From assembly GCA_032718475.1 (NCBI GenBank), contig JAUCBJ010008553.1, positions 29,319-93,318 of the forward strand: a stretch of 64,000 bases of DNA, given 5' to 3'. Every line of letters begins with the position of its first letter. Position 1 is the first letter of the stretch. The notes beneath the pieces are model-generated. The model worked only from the letters and a program-made list of their open reading frames with translations, was not told where the DNA came from and did not search any database. Source of the DNA: Nemertoderma westbladi (Eukaryota > Animalia > Xenacoelomorpha). This document shows, piece by piece, positions 37,201 to 50,977 of this stretch. Made by a program: the position numbers and the translations under genes.

Positions 37201-40200
37201 TAGTGTTGGTGTAGACTGGTACACTGAGAGACGTTAGTGTTTGTGTAGACTGGTACACTGCGAGGCGTTAGTGTTGGTGTAGACTGGTACACTGCAAGGC
37301 GTTAGTGTTGGTGTAGACTAGTACACTGCGAGGCGTTAGTGTTGGTGTAGACTGGTACACTGGGAGACGATAGTGTTGGTGTAGACTGGTACACTCAGAA
37401 TCGTTAGTGTTGATGTAGACTGGTACCGGTACACTGCGAGGCGTTAGTGTTGGTGTAGACTGGTACACTGCGAGGCGATAGTGTTGGTGTAGACTGGTAC
37501 ACTGAGAGACGTTAGTGTTTGTGTAGACTGGTACACTGCGAGGCGTTAGTGTTGGTGTAGACTGGTACACTGCAAGGCGTTAGTGTTGGTGTAGACTAGT
37601 ACACTGCGAGGCGTTAGTGTTGGTGTAGACTGGTACACTGGGAGACGATAGTGTTGGTGTAGACTGGTACACTGAGAATCGTTAGTGTTGGTGTAGAGTG
37701 GTACACTGCGAGGCGTTAGTGTTGGTGTAGACTGGTACACTGTGAGGCGTTAGTGTTGGTGTAGACTGGTACACTGAGAGACGTTAGTGTTTGTGTAGAC
37801 TGGTACACTGCGAGGCGTTAGTGTTTGTGTAGACTGGTACACTGCGAGACGTTAGTGTTTGTGTAGACTGGTACACTGCGAGGCGTTAGTGTTGGTGTAG
37901 ACTGGTACACTGCGAGGCGTTAGTGTTGGTGTAGACTGGTACACTGCGAGGCGATAGTGTTGGTGTAGACTGGTACACTGAGAGACGTTAGTGTTTGTGT
38001 AGACTGGTACACTGCGAGACGTTAGTGTTTGTGTAGACTGGTACACTGCGAGGCGTTAGTGTTGGTGTAGACTGGTACACTGCGAGGCGATAGTGTTGGT
38101 GTAGACTGGTACACTGAGAGACGTTAGTGTTTGTGTAGACTGGTTCACTGAGAGACGTTAGTGTTTGTGTAGACTGGTACACTGCGAGGCGTTAGTGTTG
38201 GTGTAGACTGGTACACTGCGAGGCGTTAGTGTTGGTGTAGACTGGCACACTGAGAATTGTTAGTGTTGATGTAGACTGGTACACTGCGAGGCGATAGTGT
38301 TGGTGTAGACTGGTACACTGAGAGACGTTAGTGTTTGTGTAGACTGGTACACTGCGAGGCGTTAGTGTTGGTGTAGACTGGTACACTGCGAGACGTTAGT
38401 GTTTGTGTAGACTGGTACACTGCGAGGCGTTAGTGTTTGTGTAGACTGGTACACTGCGAGACGTTAGTGTTTGTGTAGACTGGTACACTGCGAGGCGATA
38501 GTGTTGGTGTAGACTGGTACACTGAGAGACGTTAGTGTTGGTGTAGACTGGTACAATGCGAGGCGTTAGTGTTGGTGTAGACTGGTACACTGAGAGACGT
38601 TAGTGTTTGTGTAGACTGGTACACTGCGAGGCGATAGTGTTGGTGTAGACTGGTACACTGAGAGACGTTAGTGTTTGTGTAGACTGGTACACTGCGAGGC
38701 GTTAGTGTTGGTGTAGACTGGTACACTGCGAGGCGTTAGTGTTGGTGTAGACTGGTACACTGCGAGGCGATAGTGTTGGTGTAGACTGGTACACTGAGAG
38801 ACGTTAGTGTTGGTGTAGACTGGTACACTGCGAGGCGTTAATGTTGGTGTAGACTGGTACACTGGGAGACGTTAGTGTTGGTGTAGACTGGTACACTGCG
38901 AGGCGTTAATGTTGGTGTAGACTGGTACACTGGGAGACGATAGTGTTGGTGTAGACTGGTACACTGAGAATTGTTAGTGTTGATGTAGACTGGTACACTG
39001 TGAGTCGTAAGTGTTGGTGTAGACTGATTCACTGAGAGACGTTATTGTTGGTGTAGACTGGTACACTGGGAGACTATAGTGTTGATGTAGACTGGTACAC
39101 TGAGAATCGTTAGTGTTGATGTAGACTGGTACACTGTGAGTCGTTAGTGTTGGTGTAGACTGGTTCACTGAGAGACGTTAGTGTTGGTGTAGGCTGGTAC
39201 ACTGGGAGACGATAGTGTTGGTGTAGACTGGTACACTGAGAGACGTTAGTGTTTGTGTAGACTGGTACACTGCGAGGCGTTAGTGTTGGTGTAGACTGGT
39301 ACACTGCGAGGCGTTAGTGTTGGTGTAGACTGGTACACTGCGAGGCGATAGTGTTGGTGTAGACTGGTACACTGAGAGACGTTAGTGTTTGTGTAGACTG
39401 GTACACTGCGAGGCGTTAGTGTTGGTGTAGACTGGTACACTGCAAGGCGTTAGTGTTGGTGTAGACTAGTACACTGCGAGGCGTTAGTGTTGGTGTAGAC
39501 TGGTACACTGGGAGACGATAGTGTTGGTGTAGACTGGTACACTGAGAATCGTTAGTGTTGATGTAGACTGGTACCGGTACACTGCGAGGCGTTAGTGTTG
39601 GTGTAGACTGGTACACTGCGAGACGTTAGTGTTGGTGTAGACTGGTACACTGCAAGGCGTTAGTGTTGGTGTAGACTAGTACACTGCGAGGCGTTAGTGT
39701 TGGTGTAGACTGGTACACTGGGAGACGATAGTGTTGGTGTAGACTGGTACACTGCAAGGCGTTAGTGTTGGTGTAGACTAGTACACTGCGAGGCGTTAGT
39801 GTTGGTGTAGACTGGTACACTGGGAGACGATAGTGTTGGTGTAGACTGGTACACTGAGAATCGTTAGTGTTGATGTAGACTGGTACCGGTACACTGCGAG
39901 GCGTTAGTGTTGGTGTAGACTGGTACACTGAGAGACGTTAGTGTTTGTGTAGACTGGTACACTGCGAGGCGTTAGTGTTGGTGTAGACTGGTACACTGCG
40001 AGACGTTAGTGTTGGTGTAGACTGGTACACTGGGAGACGATAGTGTTGGTGTAGACTGGTACACTGCAAGGCGGTAGTGTTGGTGTAGACTAGTACACTG
40101 CGAGGCGTTAGTGTTGGTGTAGACTGGTACACTGGGAGACGATAGTGTTGGTGTAGACTGGTACACTGCAAGGCGTTAGTGTTGGTGTAGACTAGTACAC

Positions 40201-43200
40201 TGCGAGGCGTTAGTGTTGGTGTAGACTGGTACACTGGGAGACGATGGTGTTGGTGTAGACTGGTACACTGAGAATCGTTAGTGTTGATGTAGACTGGTAC
40301 CGGTACACTGCGAGGCGTTAGTGTTGGTGTAGACTGGTACACTGAGAGACGTTAGTGTTTGTGTAGACTGGTACACTGCGAGGCGTTAGTGTTGGTGTAG
40401 ACTGGTACACTGCGAGACGTTAGTGTTTGTGTAGACTGGTACACTGCGAGGCGTTAGTGTTTGTGTAGACTGGTACACTGCGAGACGTTAGTGTTTGTGT
40501 AGACTGGTACACTGCGAGGCGATAGTGTTGGTGTAGACTGGTACACTGAGAGACGTTAGTGTTGGTGTAGACTGGTACACTGCGAGGCGTTAGTGTTGGT
40601 GTAGACTGGTACACTGAGAGACGTTAGTGTTTGTGTAGACTGGTACACTGCGAGGCGATAGTGTTGGTGTAGACTGGTACACTGAGAGACGTTAGTGTTT
40701 GTGTAGACTGGTACACTGCGAGGCGTTAGTGTTGGTGTAGACTGGTACACTGCGAGGCGTTAGTGTTGGTGTAGACTGGTACACTGCGAGGCGATAGTGT
40801 TGGTGTAGACTGGTACACTGAGAGACGTTAGTGTTGGTGTAGACTGGTACACTGCGAGGCGTTAATGTTGGTGTAGACTGGTACACTGGGAGACGTTAGT
40901 GTTGGTGTAGACTGGTACACTGCGAGGCGTTAATGTTGGTGTAGACTGGTACACTGGGAGACGATAGTGTTGGTGTAGACTGGTACACTGAGAATTGTTA
41001 GTGTTGATGTAGACTGGTACACTGTGAGTCGTAAGTGTTGGTGTAGACTGGTTCACTGAGAGACGTTATTGTTGGTGTAGACTGGTACACTGGGAGACTA
41101 TAGTGTTGATGTAGACTGGTACACTGAGAATCGTTAGTGTTGATGTAGACTGGTACACTGTGAGTAGTTAGTGTTGGTGTAGACTGGTTCACTGAGAGAC
41201 GTTAGTGTTGGTGTAGACTGGTACACTGGGAGACGATAGTGTTGGTGTAGACTGGTACACTGAGAGACGTTAGTGTTTGTGTAGACTGGTACACTGCGAG
41301 GCGTTAGTGTTGGTGTAGACTGGTACACTGCGAGGCGTTAGTGTTGGTGTAGACTGGTACACTGCGAGGCGATAGTGTTGGTGTAGACTGGTACACTGAG
41401 AGACGTTAGTGTTTGTGTAGACTGGTACACTGCGAGGCGTTAGTGTTGGTGTAGACTGGTACACTGCAAGGCGTTAGTGTTGGTGTAGACTAGTACACTG
41501 CGAGGCGTTAGTGTTGGTGTAGACTGGTACACTGGGAGACGATAGTGTTGGTGTAGACTGGTACACTGAGAATCGTTAGTGTTGATGTAGACTGGTACCG
41601 GTACACTGCGAGGCGTTAGTGTTGGTGTAGACTGGTACACTGCGAGGCGATAGTGTTGGTGTAGACTGGTACACTGAGAGACGTTAGTGTTTGTGTAGAC
41701 TGGTACACTGCGAGGCGTTAGTGTTGGTGTAGACTGGTACACTGCAAGGCGTTAGTGTTGGTGTAGACTAGTACACTGCGAGGCGTTAGTGTTGGTGTAG
41801 ACTGGTACACTGGGAGACGATAGTGTTGGTGTAGACTGGTACACTGAGAATCGTTAGTGTTGGTGTAGACTGGTACACTGCGAGGCGTTAGTGTTGGTGT
41901 AGACTGGTACACTGAGAGGCGTTAGTGTTGGTGTAGACTGGTACACTGAGAGACGTTAGTGTTGGTGTAGACTGGTACACTGAGAGACGTTAGTGTTTGT
42001 GTAGACTGGTACACTGCGAGGCGTTAGTGTTGGTGTAGACTGGTACACTGTGAGGCGTTAGTGTTGGTGTAGACTGGTACACTGAGAGACGTTAGTGTTT
42101 GTGTAGACTGGTACACTGCGAGGCGTTAGTGTTTGTGTAGACTGGTACACTGCGAGACGTTAGTGTTTGTGTAGACTGGTACACTGCGAGGCGTTAGTGT
42201 TGGTGTAGACTGGTACACTGCGAGACGTTAGTGTTGGTGTAGACTGGTACACTGCGAGGCGATAGTGTTGGTGTAGACTGGTACACTGAGAGACGTTAGT
42301 GTTTGTGTAGACTGGTACACTGCGAGACGTTAGTGTTTGTGTAGACTGGTACACTGCGAGGCGTTAGTGTTGGTGTAGACTGGTACACTGCGAGGCGATA
42401 GTGTTGGTGTAGACTGGTACACTGAGAGACGTTAGTGTTTGTGTAGACTGGTTCACTGAGAGACGTTAGTGTTTGTGTAGACTGGTACACTGCGAGGCGT
42501 TAGTGTTGGTGTAGACTGGTACACTGCGAGGCGTTAGTGTTGGTGTAGACTGGCACACTGAGAATTGTTAGTGTTGATGTAGACTGGTACACTGCGAGGC
42601 GATAGTGTTGGTGTAGACTGGTACACTGAGAGACGTTAGTGTTTGTGTAGACTGGTACACTGCGAGGCGTTAGTGTTGGTGTAGACTGGTACACTGCGAG
42701 ACGTTAGTGTTTGTGTAGACTGGTACACTGCGAGGCGTTAGTGTTTGTGTAGACTGGTACACTGCGAGACGTTAGTGTTTGTGTAGACTGGTACACTGCG
42801 AGGCGATAGTGTTGGTGTAGACTGGTACACTGAGAGACGTTAGTGTTGGTGTAGACTGGTACACTGCGAGGCGTTAGTGTTGGTGTAGACTGGTACACTG
42901 AGAGACGTTAGTGTTTGTGTAGACTGGTACACTGCGAGGCGATAGTGTTGGTGTAGACTGGTACACTGAGAGACGTTAGTGTTTGTGTAGACTGGTACAC
43001 TGCGAGGCGTTAGTGTTGGTGTAGACTGGTACACTGCGAGGCGTTAGTGTTGGTGTAGACTGGTACACTGCGAGGCGATAGTGTTGGTGTAGACTGGTAC
43101 ACTGAGAGACGTTAGTGTTGGTGTAGACTGGTACACTGCGAGGCGTTAATGTTGGTGTAGACTGGTACACTGGGAGACGTTAGTGTTGGTGTAGACTGGT

Positions 43201-46048
43201 ACACTGCGAGGCGTTAATGTTGGTGTAGACTGGTACACTGGGAGACGATAGTGTTGGTGTAGACTGGTACACTGAGAATTGTTAGTGTTGATGTAGACTG
43301 GTACACTGTGAGTCGTAAGTGTTGGTGTAGACTGGTTCACTGAGAGACGTTATTGTTGGTGTAGACTGGTACACTGGGAGACTATAGTGTTGATGTAGAC
43401 TGGTACACTGAGAATCGTTAGTGTTGATGTAGACTGGTACACTGTGAGTCGTTAGTGTTGGTGTAGACTGGTTCACTGAGAGACGTTAGTGTTGGTGTAG
43501 ACTGGTACACTGGGAGACGATAGTGTTGGTGTAGACTGGTACACTGAGAGACGTTAGTGTTTGTGTAGACTGGTACACTGCGAGGCGTTAGTGTTGGTGT
43601 AGACTGGTACACTGCGAGGCGTTAGTGTTGGTGTAGACTGGTACACTGCGAGGCGATAGTGTTGGTGTAGACTGGTACACTGAGAGACGTTAGTGTTTGT
43701 GTAGACTGGTACACTGCGAGGCGTTAGTGTTGGTGTAGACTGGTACACTGCAAGGCGTTAGTGTTGGTGTAGACTAGTACACTGCGAGGCGTTAGTGTTG
43801 GTGTAGACTGGTACACTGGGAGACGATAGTGTTGGTGTAGACTGGTACACTGAGAATCGTTAGTGTTGATGTAGACTGGTACCGATACACTGCGAGGCGT
43901 TAGTGTTGGTGTAGACTGGTACACTGCGAGGCGATAGTGTTGGTGTAGACTGGTACACTGAGAGACGTTAGTGTTTGTGTAGACTGGTACACTGCGAGGC
44001 GTTAGTGTTGGTGTAGACTGGTACACTGCAAGGCGTTAGTGTTGGTGTAGACTGGTACACTGGGAGACGATAGTGTTGGTGTAGACTGGTACACTGAGAA
44101 TCGTTAGTGTTGGTGTAGACTGGTACACTGCGAGGCGTTAGTGTTGGTGTAGACTGGTACACTGTGAGGCGTTAGTGTTGGTGTAGACTGGTACACTGAG
44201 AGACGTTAGTGTTTGTGTAGACTGGTACACTGCGAGGCGTTAGTGTTTGTGTAGACTGGTACACTGCGAGACGTTAGTGTTTGTGTAGACTGGTACACTG
44301 CGAGGCGTTAGTGTTGGTGTAGACTGGTACACTGCGAGGCGTTAGTGTTGGTGTAGACTGGTACACTGCGAGGCGATAGTGTTGGTGTAGACTGGTACAC
44401 TGAGAGACGTTAGTGTTTGTGTAGACTGGTACACTGCGAGACGTTAGTGTTTGTGTAGACTGGTACACTGCGAGGCGTTAGTGTTGGTGTAGACTGGTAC
44501 ACTGAGAGACGTTAGTGTTTGTGTAGACTGGTTCACTGAGAGACGTTAGTGTTTGTGTAGACTGGTACACTGCGAGGCGTTAGTGTTGGTGTAGACTGGT
44601 ACACTGCGAGGCGTTAGTGTTGGTGTAGACTGGCACACTGAGAATTGTTAGTGTTGATGTAGACTGGTACACTGTGAGTCGTTAGTGTTGGTGTAGACTG
44701 GTTCACTGAGAGACGTTATTGTTGGTGTAGACTGGTACACTGCGAGGCGTTAGTGTTGGTGTAGATTGGTACACAGCGAGACGATAGTGTTTGTGTAGAC
44801 TGGTACACTGCGAGGCGTTAGTGTTGGTGTAGACTAGTACACTGCAAGGCGTTAGTGTTGGTGTAGACTGGTACACTGGGAGACGATAGTGTTGGTGTAG
44901 ACTGGCACACTGAGAATTGTTAGTGTTGATGTAGACTGGTACACTGTGAGTCGTAAGTGTTGGTTTAGACTGGTTCACTGAGAGACGTTATTGTTGGTGT
45001 AGACTGGTACACTGGGAGACTATAGTGTTGATGTAGACTGGTACACTGAGAATCGTTAGTGTTGATGTAGACTGGTACACTGTGAGTCGTTAGTGTTGGT
45101 GTAGACTGGTTCACTGAGAGACGTTAGTGTTGGTGTAGACTGGTACACTGCGAGGCGATTGTGTTGGAGTAGACTGGTACACTGCGAGGTGTTAGTGTTG
45201 GTGTAGACTGGTAGACTGAGAATCGTTAGTGTTGGTGTAGACTGGTACACCGAGAGCCGTTAGTGTTGGTGTAGACTGGTACACTGCGAGTCGTAAGTGT
45301 TGGTGTAGACTGGTACACTGTGAGTCGTAAGTGTTGGTGTAGACTGGTCCACTGAGAGACGTTATTGTTGGTGTAGACTGGTACACTGGGAGACTATAGT
45401 GTTGATGTAGACTGGTACACTGAGAATCGTTAGTGTTGATGTAGACTGGTACACTGTGAGTCGTAAGTGTTGGTGTAGACTGGTTCACTGAGAGACGTTA
45501 TTGTTGGTGTAGACTGGTACACTGGGAGACTATAGTGTTGATGTAGACTGGTACACTGAGAATCGTTAGTGTTGATGTAGACTGGTACACTGCGAGGCGT
45601 TAGTGTTGGTGTAGACTGGTTCACTGAGAGACGTTAGTGTTGGTGTAGACTGGTACACTGAGAGACGATAGTGTTGGTGTAGACTGGTACACTGAGAATC
45701 GTTAGTGTTGATGTAGACTGGTACACTGCGAGGCGTTAGTGTTGGTGTAGACTGGTTCACTGCGAGGCGATAGTGTTGGTGTGGACAGGTACACTGGGAG
45801 AGACGTTAGTGTTGGTATAGACTGGTACACTGAGAGACGTTAGTGTTGGTGTAGACTGGTTCACTGAGAGACGTTAGTGTTGGTGTAGACTGGTACACTG
45901 AGAGACGATAGTGTTGGTGTAGACTGGTACACTGAGAATCGTTAGTGTTGATGTAGACTGGTACACTGCGAGGCGTTAGTGTTGGTGTAGACTGGTTCAC
46001 TGCGAGGCGATAGTGTTGGTGTGGACTGGTACCGGTACACTGCGAGAC
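31206..46048 (+). repeat. 34-bp satellite (GTTAGTGTTGGTGTAGACTGGTACACTGCGAGGC), ~435 copies, with higher-order repeats
   Basis: 14.8-kb tandem array in which ordered variant blocks recur. Confidence 0.98.
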
Positions 46049-46049
46049 T

Positions 46050-46750
46050 GCGGTATCCAATACTTCCTTCTGAGCTTATTTATAGTCGCGTCCATTCCCC
46101 TATGAAGAGTTACTGCATGACTATCTCGGATGATCTGTTCCGTTATAATAGATTCGTTTGGTATTATTATTGGTTTGTTTGTCATTAATAATGATACAGA
46201 GTTGATCAATCGCGAGTTCATTACTAGTAAGCCATCTTCATTTAATTCCCGAAACAATGGGGTGATTTTGCTGTCTGCTGTATAGGGCATTTTATTCCTG
46301 ACTTTTGCTTGTTTATAAGCCAATATTGCTGTTTCTGCCGTATTTAGATCTATATTTGGTTTTATTGCTATGCCCTTGGTTTTGCCTTTCAAGTACTCCA
46401 TGAACGCTCGGAAGTATGCCACAAACTTCCTTGTCTTATACCAATAATCTATCCGTTGGATTCGTATCCCTATGTAGTGTCGTATAGTGTATATCCTTTA
46501 CCGTCTCTCCTGTCACTATTTCACCTAACATTGAGGTAAATATGTCGCCACATTCATTGTAAGTTTCTCTATTACCTTCCTCAATTTCCTCGCTTCCCTC
46601 GATCTCATCTTCCTTGACATTCTCTGTCCACAAGTCTTTGTTGTTTAGAAACTTGCCAATTAAATTCCATCTTCATTAGCCTAAACAGTTCGACTGATAG
46701 TAGTGACATACGCAATCGAATTGATATCTGCCGACTGTTGTATACAGATA
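46050..46750 (-). mobile_element. BEL/Pao LTR-retrotransposon pol fragment (end of RNase H region to integrase Zn-binding domain)
   Basis: LNEDGLLVMNSRL...KPIIIPNESIITEQIIRDSHAVTLHRGMDATINKLRRKYWIP matches the Pao pattern DGLLRxxGRL..HPIILP..IIxxxH...HxG..T...LRxxYWI. Upstream WNLIGKFLNNKDLW resembles WxxGPxFL...W. Confidence 0.85.
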
Positions 46751-46886
46751 TCAACGCCTTTAACTTGAATCTATTATTCAAAGCATTACTATTCTCTTTT
46801 ATTCAAAGCATTACTATTCTCTTTCAGAATTTACACTACTACTGTTCTTGATACAATTCTTATTATAGCTAGCTATAAGTAGTAAA

Positions 46887-47831
46887 TTATTACTCCTACT
46901 TAAATCAGGCGACGTCCACCCCAATACCGGACCAATCACAACTACATTCAATGACTCACAGGATATTATAGATTGATAAGACACACAGGATAAGACTTAC
47001 TTACAGAATAATACAGCTGACTAATTTTCAATCACATAAATAGTCGGAGCTTAGTAAAACACATCGACGTTGCGGAATATCTTGCTCGGATCCAGAAACG
47101 CCATTGTCTCCGTATCAGAAACTTGGCTAAAGAGGTATCATAGTGATAAATTTATTTCAATTCCTGGGTTTAGGGCATACCGTGGGGATAGGAAGGCCAA
47201 AAGGAGGGGCGGGGTGCAGGTTTACATTCCAGAACATATTGACAGCTGTGTCCGAGTTGACATAAAATCCTGTAACAAGTTGGAATATATCTGGGTAGAA
47301 ATTAATAACTTTCTTTTCTGTACAATTTACCGCAGACCAAGGTCGAAAGATTGTTTTTTTGAACAATTTGCAGAAGAAATCGAAAAAGCCACAGCACTTG
47401 AACCAACTAAAACACTTATCATACAAGGTGATCTCAACATAAATATATTTAAAGATAACAAAATTTGTCAGACATTAATTGATTTTTCGAATTTGTATTA
47501 ACATATTAAATAAAACTGTTCCGACACGAGTGGCAAATAAAATCACTCCATCTTCCTAATAATCACAAACATTGACCAAAATTCAATAGAATGCAGCTCA
47601 GTTTTCCCATGCGAATTCTCAGACCATGATTTTACATTAATTAAAATAAAATATAAATTAATAGAAAAATTTGTTTCAGAGATAAAAGAATGGATTGAAT
47701 ACCGCGATTTTAAAATTTTTAAAGAAAATGCTTTTCTTTCAGAATTTAGATCTCACAGTTGGAATTGTTTATAATTTCTAACAGACATTAACGTACAGTA
47801 TGAAGCTTTTGAAAGATCAATTGAACATTTA
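46887..47831 (+). mobile_element. CR1/L2-type LINE ORF2 N-terminus (APE endonuclease), degraded
   Basis: LLLLKSGDVHPNTGP, HINSRSL, VSVSETWL, RGGVQVYI, IYRRP, GDLNIN and SDHD motifs. Confidence 0.88.
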
Positions 47832-47835
47832 TTAA

Positions 47836-49355
47836 CCCTATTAAACCCCGTGGTTTTTTTGTTATAATTCTGAAACAAACGCAGTTGGGAATCTGAAATT
47901 ATATCACTTTTCCTAGAAATCTATGGTCTTCCTAGTAGTGAAAACCGTTTTCAAAAATATTGGGTAGTTTTCGAGTTATATCACCATTTTTTAACCCTAC
48001 TTTTGGCACTTTTTTTGAAAATTACATTTCGTTAAATATTAATTGTAATATCTCTATTTTTGATTTTCCGGTTTTTTGGTGTTAGCGATTGGATGGAATT
48101 CATATAAATTGATTTAGAAATTTCAAACTTGTTTTTTTCGGCGGGTGCTAAATTTTGGTGCCAGCACCAAATTTTGAAATATGTCAATTTTGTAAATTGA
48201 TTGTTTGAAACTTGTTTTTTACGCAATTGGGGTTTTTTGGGGTTCTGGTTTCGATGAAATATATACGAGTTGCACCAAGCGTATCAAACTTGTATTTTCC
48301 GGTGCTGTGTGCAAATTTTGGTGCTAGCACGAAATTTTGAAAATCCATTCAATAGATAAAATTGCTTGTGACAATTTATTTCTTGCATTTTAGAGGTTTA
48401 TGGCTGTTCTGAATTCAATGGAATATATAATTATCGACCTAGACAACTCAAAATTGTATTTTTCGGAAGTGGGTGCAAAATGTGGTGCTAGCACCAAATT
48501 TTGAAAACTATCAAATATATCAATTGATTGTGTCATCTTGTTTCTTGCGTTTGTACGGGTTTGTTAGGGTTCTGAATTCAATGGAATCAGTAAAAATGTC
48601 ATAAGAGTTTTCAAACTTGTATTTTTCGCCGGTGGGAGAAAATTGTTGTGCCAACACCAAATTTTGGAAAATGAGTAAATTGATCAGTAGATAATATCAT
48701 CTTGTTTCTTGCGTTATACGGGTTTATGAGGGTCATGAATCCGATGGAATCAATAAAAACAGCAATGGACATCGCAAACTTGTACTTTTTGGTGATGGGT
48801 ACGAAATTTGGTGCTAGCACCAAAATTTGCCTAATTACGCCGAAAACTACAAGTTGCAAGGATCTGGCATATTTGAAATGTATTCCATTAGAATCAGCGC
48901 CCTAGAAAACCTGAAAATGTGAATTTATAGCATCGTATAAGTGAATTAAAAATTTTGTGTTCTAACTGAAAAGTGCTGGTTACTTGTTTTTTTCATTTTT
49001 TTCCTACGCATAGAGGACTAAACAGCCATTTATGGTAATCATATCATTTTTAATTATTTTCCAATGTATTTTGCGCCCCAGAAAACCTGTATTGAAAAAC
49101 AATTAGCCGAAAAATGTAACTTTCAAATTTTGTGAAAATTGTGCACTACTTGTAATTTTGGTGCTGCAATATTACCACCCCAGTACATTTTTTCGAAAAT
49201 TTTTTTTTTCGATCGGATCTAGACTAGTGATACCTACGTACAAACAAAAAATCAGACGTTTTCGTTAATATTTGTAGATTTTAGAGGGAGAGGTCAATAT
49301 GACACCCCCCCCCCCCCCCCCCCCCCCGGTATTTTATAGCCCGGTGCTAATAGGG
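47836..49355 (+). mobile_element. Non-autonomous piggyBac-type element, family B, apparently complete, inserted in the LINE
   Basis: TTAA|CCCTATTA ... TAATAGGG|TTAA (TSD at 47832-47835 and 49356-49359). Confidence 0.88.
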
Positions 49356-49359
49356 TTAA

Positions 49360-50977
49360 ACAATCACGCACACAACAGCAACAGCACACAACACACATCA
49401 CAAACACACACAGTAAAATACCTAGGCGTACACATTGACAACAAACTCCTGTGGAAAAAAAACAGATTGAAACGACAATACAAAAAATGACTCCCTCCAT
49501 ATCATATCTACGCAGCATAAAGGGACAACTAACAGAACAAGCTAAATTGCAGGTTTTTAAATCAATGACACTTCCTTACCACAATTACTGCTGCCAACTT
49601 TTAACATCTCTACTCAACAAAAACGGTTCAAAGGTCACTATACAAATTCAAAAAAACACAAAACTATGCCCGACGAATAATTTACGTTAAAACAATGAGG
49701 GACATTACGGGATCCGAACTACGCAAGCGAGGTAAAGTGCCACTACTATCAACCGTCCGAGAATACCACAGTCTAATATTTTTCTTTAACTACATAAAAA
49801 CATTATCAAAGCCATTTCGACATTTAGATTTACCTTTCTATAGTATTGAAAGTATGATAAAATTATGGAACGCGCTACCTAGTAATATTTCAAATTGCTC
49901 AGATTACATAACATATCGGAAACTACTAAAAAACATATCTTAACAAATACACAAGAGACCTAACTTGAGAATTGTATTATATCTTAATTTTATTTGTGCT
50001 ATTAGTAATATGTATTTATGTAAGAATGGTTACTTTGAGTTTATATGTGTTGTATGTGTAGGTATGAATGGTTACTTTGAGTTTATATGTGTTGTATGTA
50101 GTGTATTAATGGTTACTTTGAGTTTATGTGTGTTGTATGTAGTGTATGAATGGTTACTTTGAGTTTATATGTGTTGTATGTAGTGTATGAATGGTTACTT
50201 TGAGTTTATATGTGTTGTATGTAGTGTATGAATGGTTACTTTGAGTTTATATGTGTTGTATGTAGTGTATGAATGGTTACTTTGAGTTTATATGTGTTGT
50301 ATGTAGTGTATGAATGGTTACTTTGAGTTTATATGTGTTGTATGTAGTGTATGAATGGTTACATTGAGTTTATATGTGTTGTATGTAGTGTATGAATGGT
50401 TACTTTGAGTTTATATGTGTTGTATGTAGTGTATGAATGGTTACTTTGAGTTTATATGTGTTGTATGTAGTGTATGAATGGTTACTTTGAGTTTATATGT
50501 GTTGTATGTAGTGTATGAATGGTTACTTTGAGTTTATATGTGTTGTATGTAGTGTATGAATGGTTACTTTGAGTTTATATGTGTTGTATGTAGTGTATGA
50601 ATGGTTACTTTGAGTTTATATGTGTTGTATGTAGTGTATGAATGGTTACTTTGAGTTTATATGTGTTGTATGTAGTGTATGAATGGTTACTTTGAGTTTA
50701 TATGTGTTGTATATGTGTGTATGAATGGTTACTTTGAGTTTATATGTGTTGTATGTGTGTGTTTGAATGTATGGTGTACATATAATACTATTTAACTACA
50801 TATAATATTCCTTTACTTTAAGTACTGTACATTGATGTTACAAAGTAGCATTGGCCTTACGACGCTATTCCTTTTAATTATCAGTAAATACTTATGTATT
50901 AACTGCCTCAATTGTATTTATATACGTTGAGTTTTAATGAATAAAGAGTACATTCAATTCAATTCAATTCAATTCAA
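49360..50977 (+). mobile_element. CR1/L2-type LINE 3' part with 3' UTR and tail
   Basis: VKYLGVHIDNKLLW and IKLWNALP motifs; AATAAA at 50940-50945 followed by (TTCAA)5. Confidence 0.8.
50023..50763 (+). repeat. 41-bp minisatellite in the LINE 3' UTR
   Basis: About 18 copies of GAATGGTTACTTTGAGTTTATATGTGTTGTATGTAGTGTAT. Confidence 0.95.

Noticed and set aside
31206-46048. CRISPR-like array or many small 64-134 aa ORFs
   Set aside because: The variable part is only ~10 nt from a few recurring variants, there are no unique spacers or cas genes, and the context is eukaryotic. The ORFs are satellite translations.
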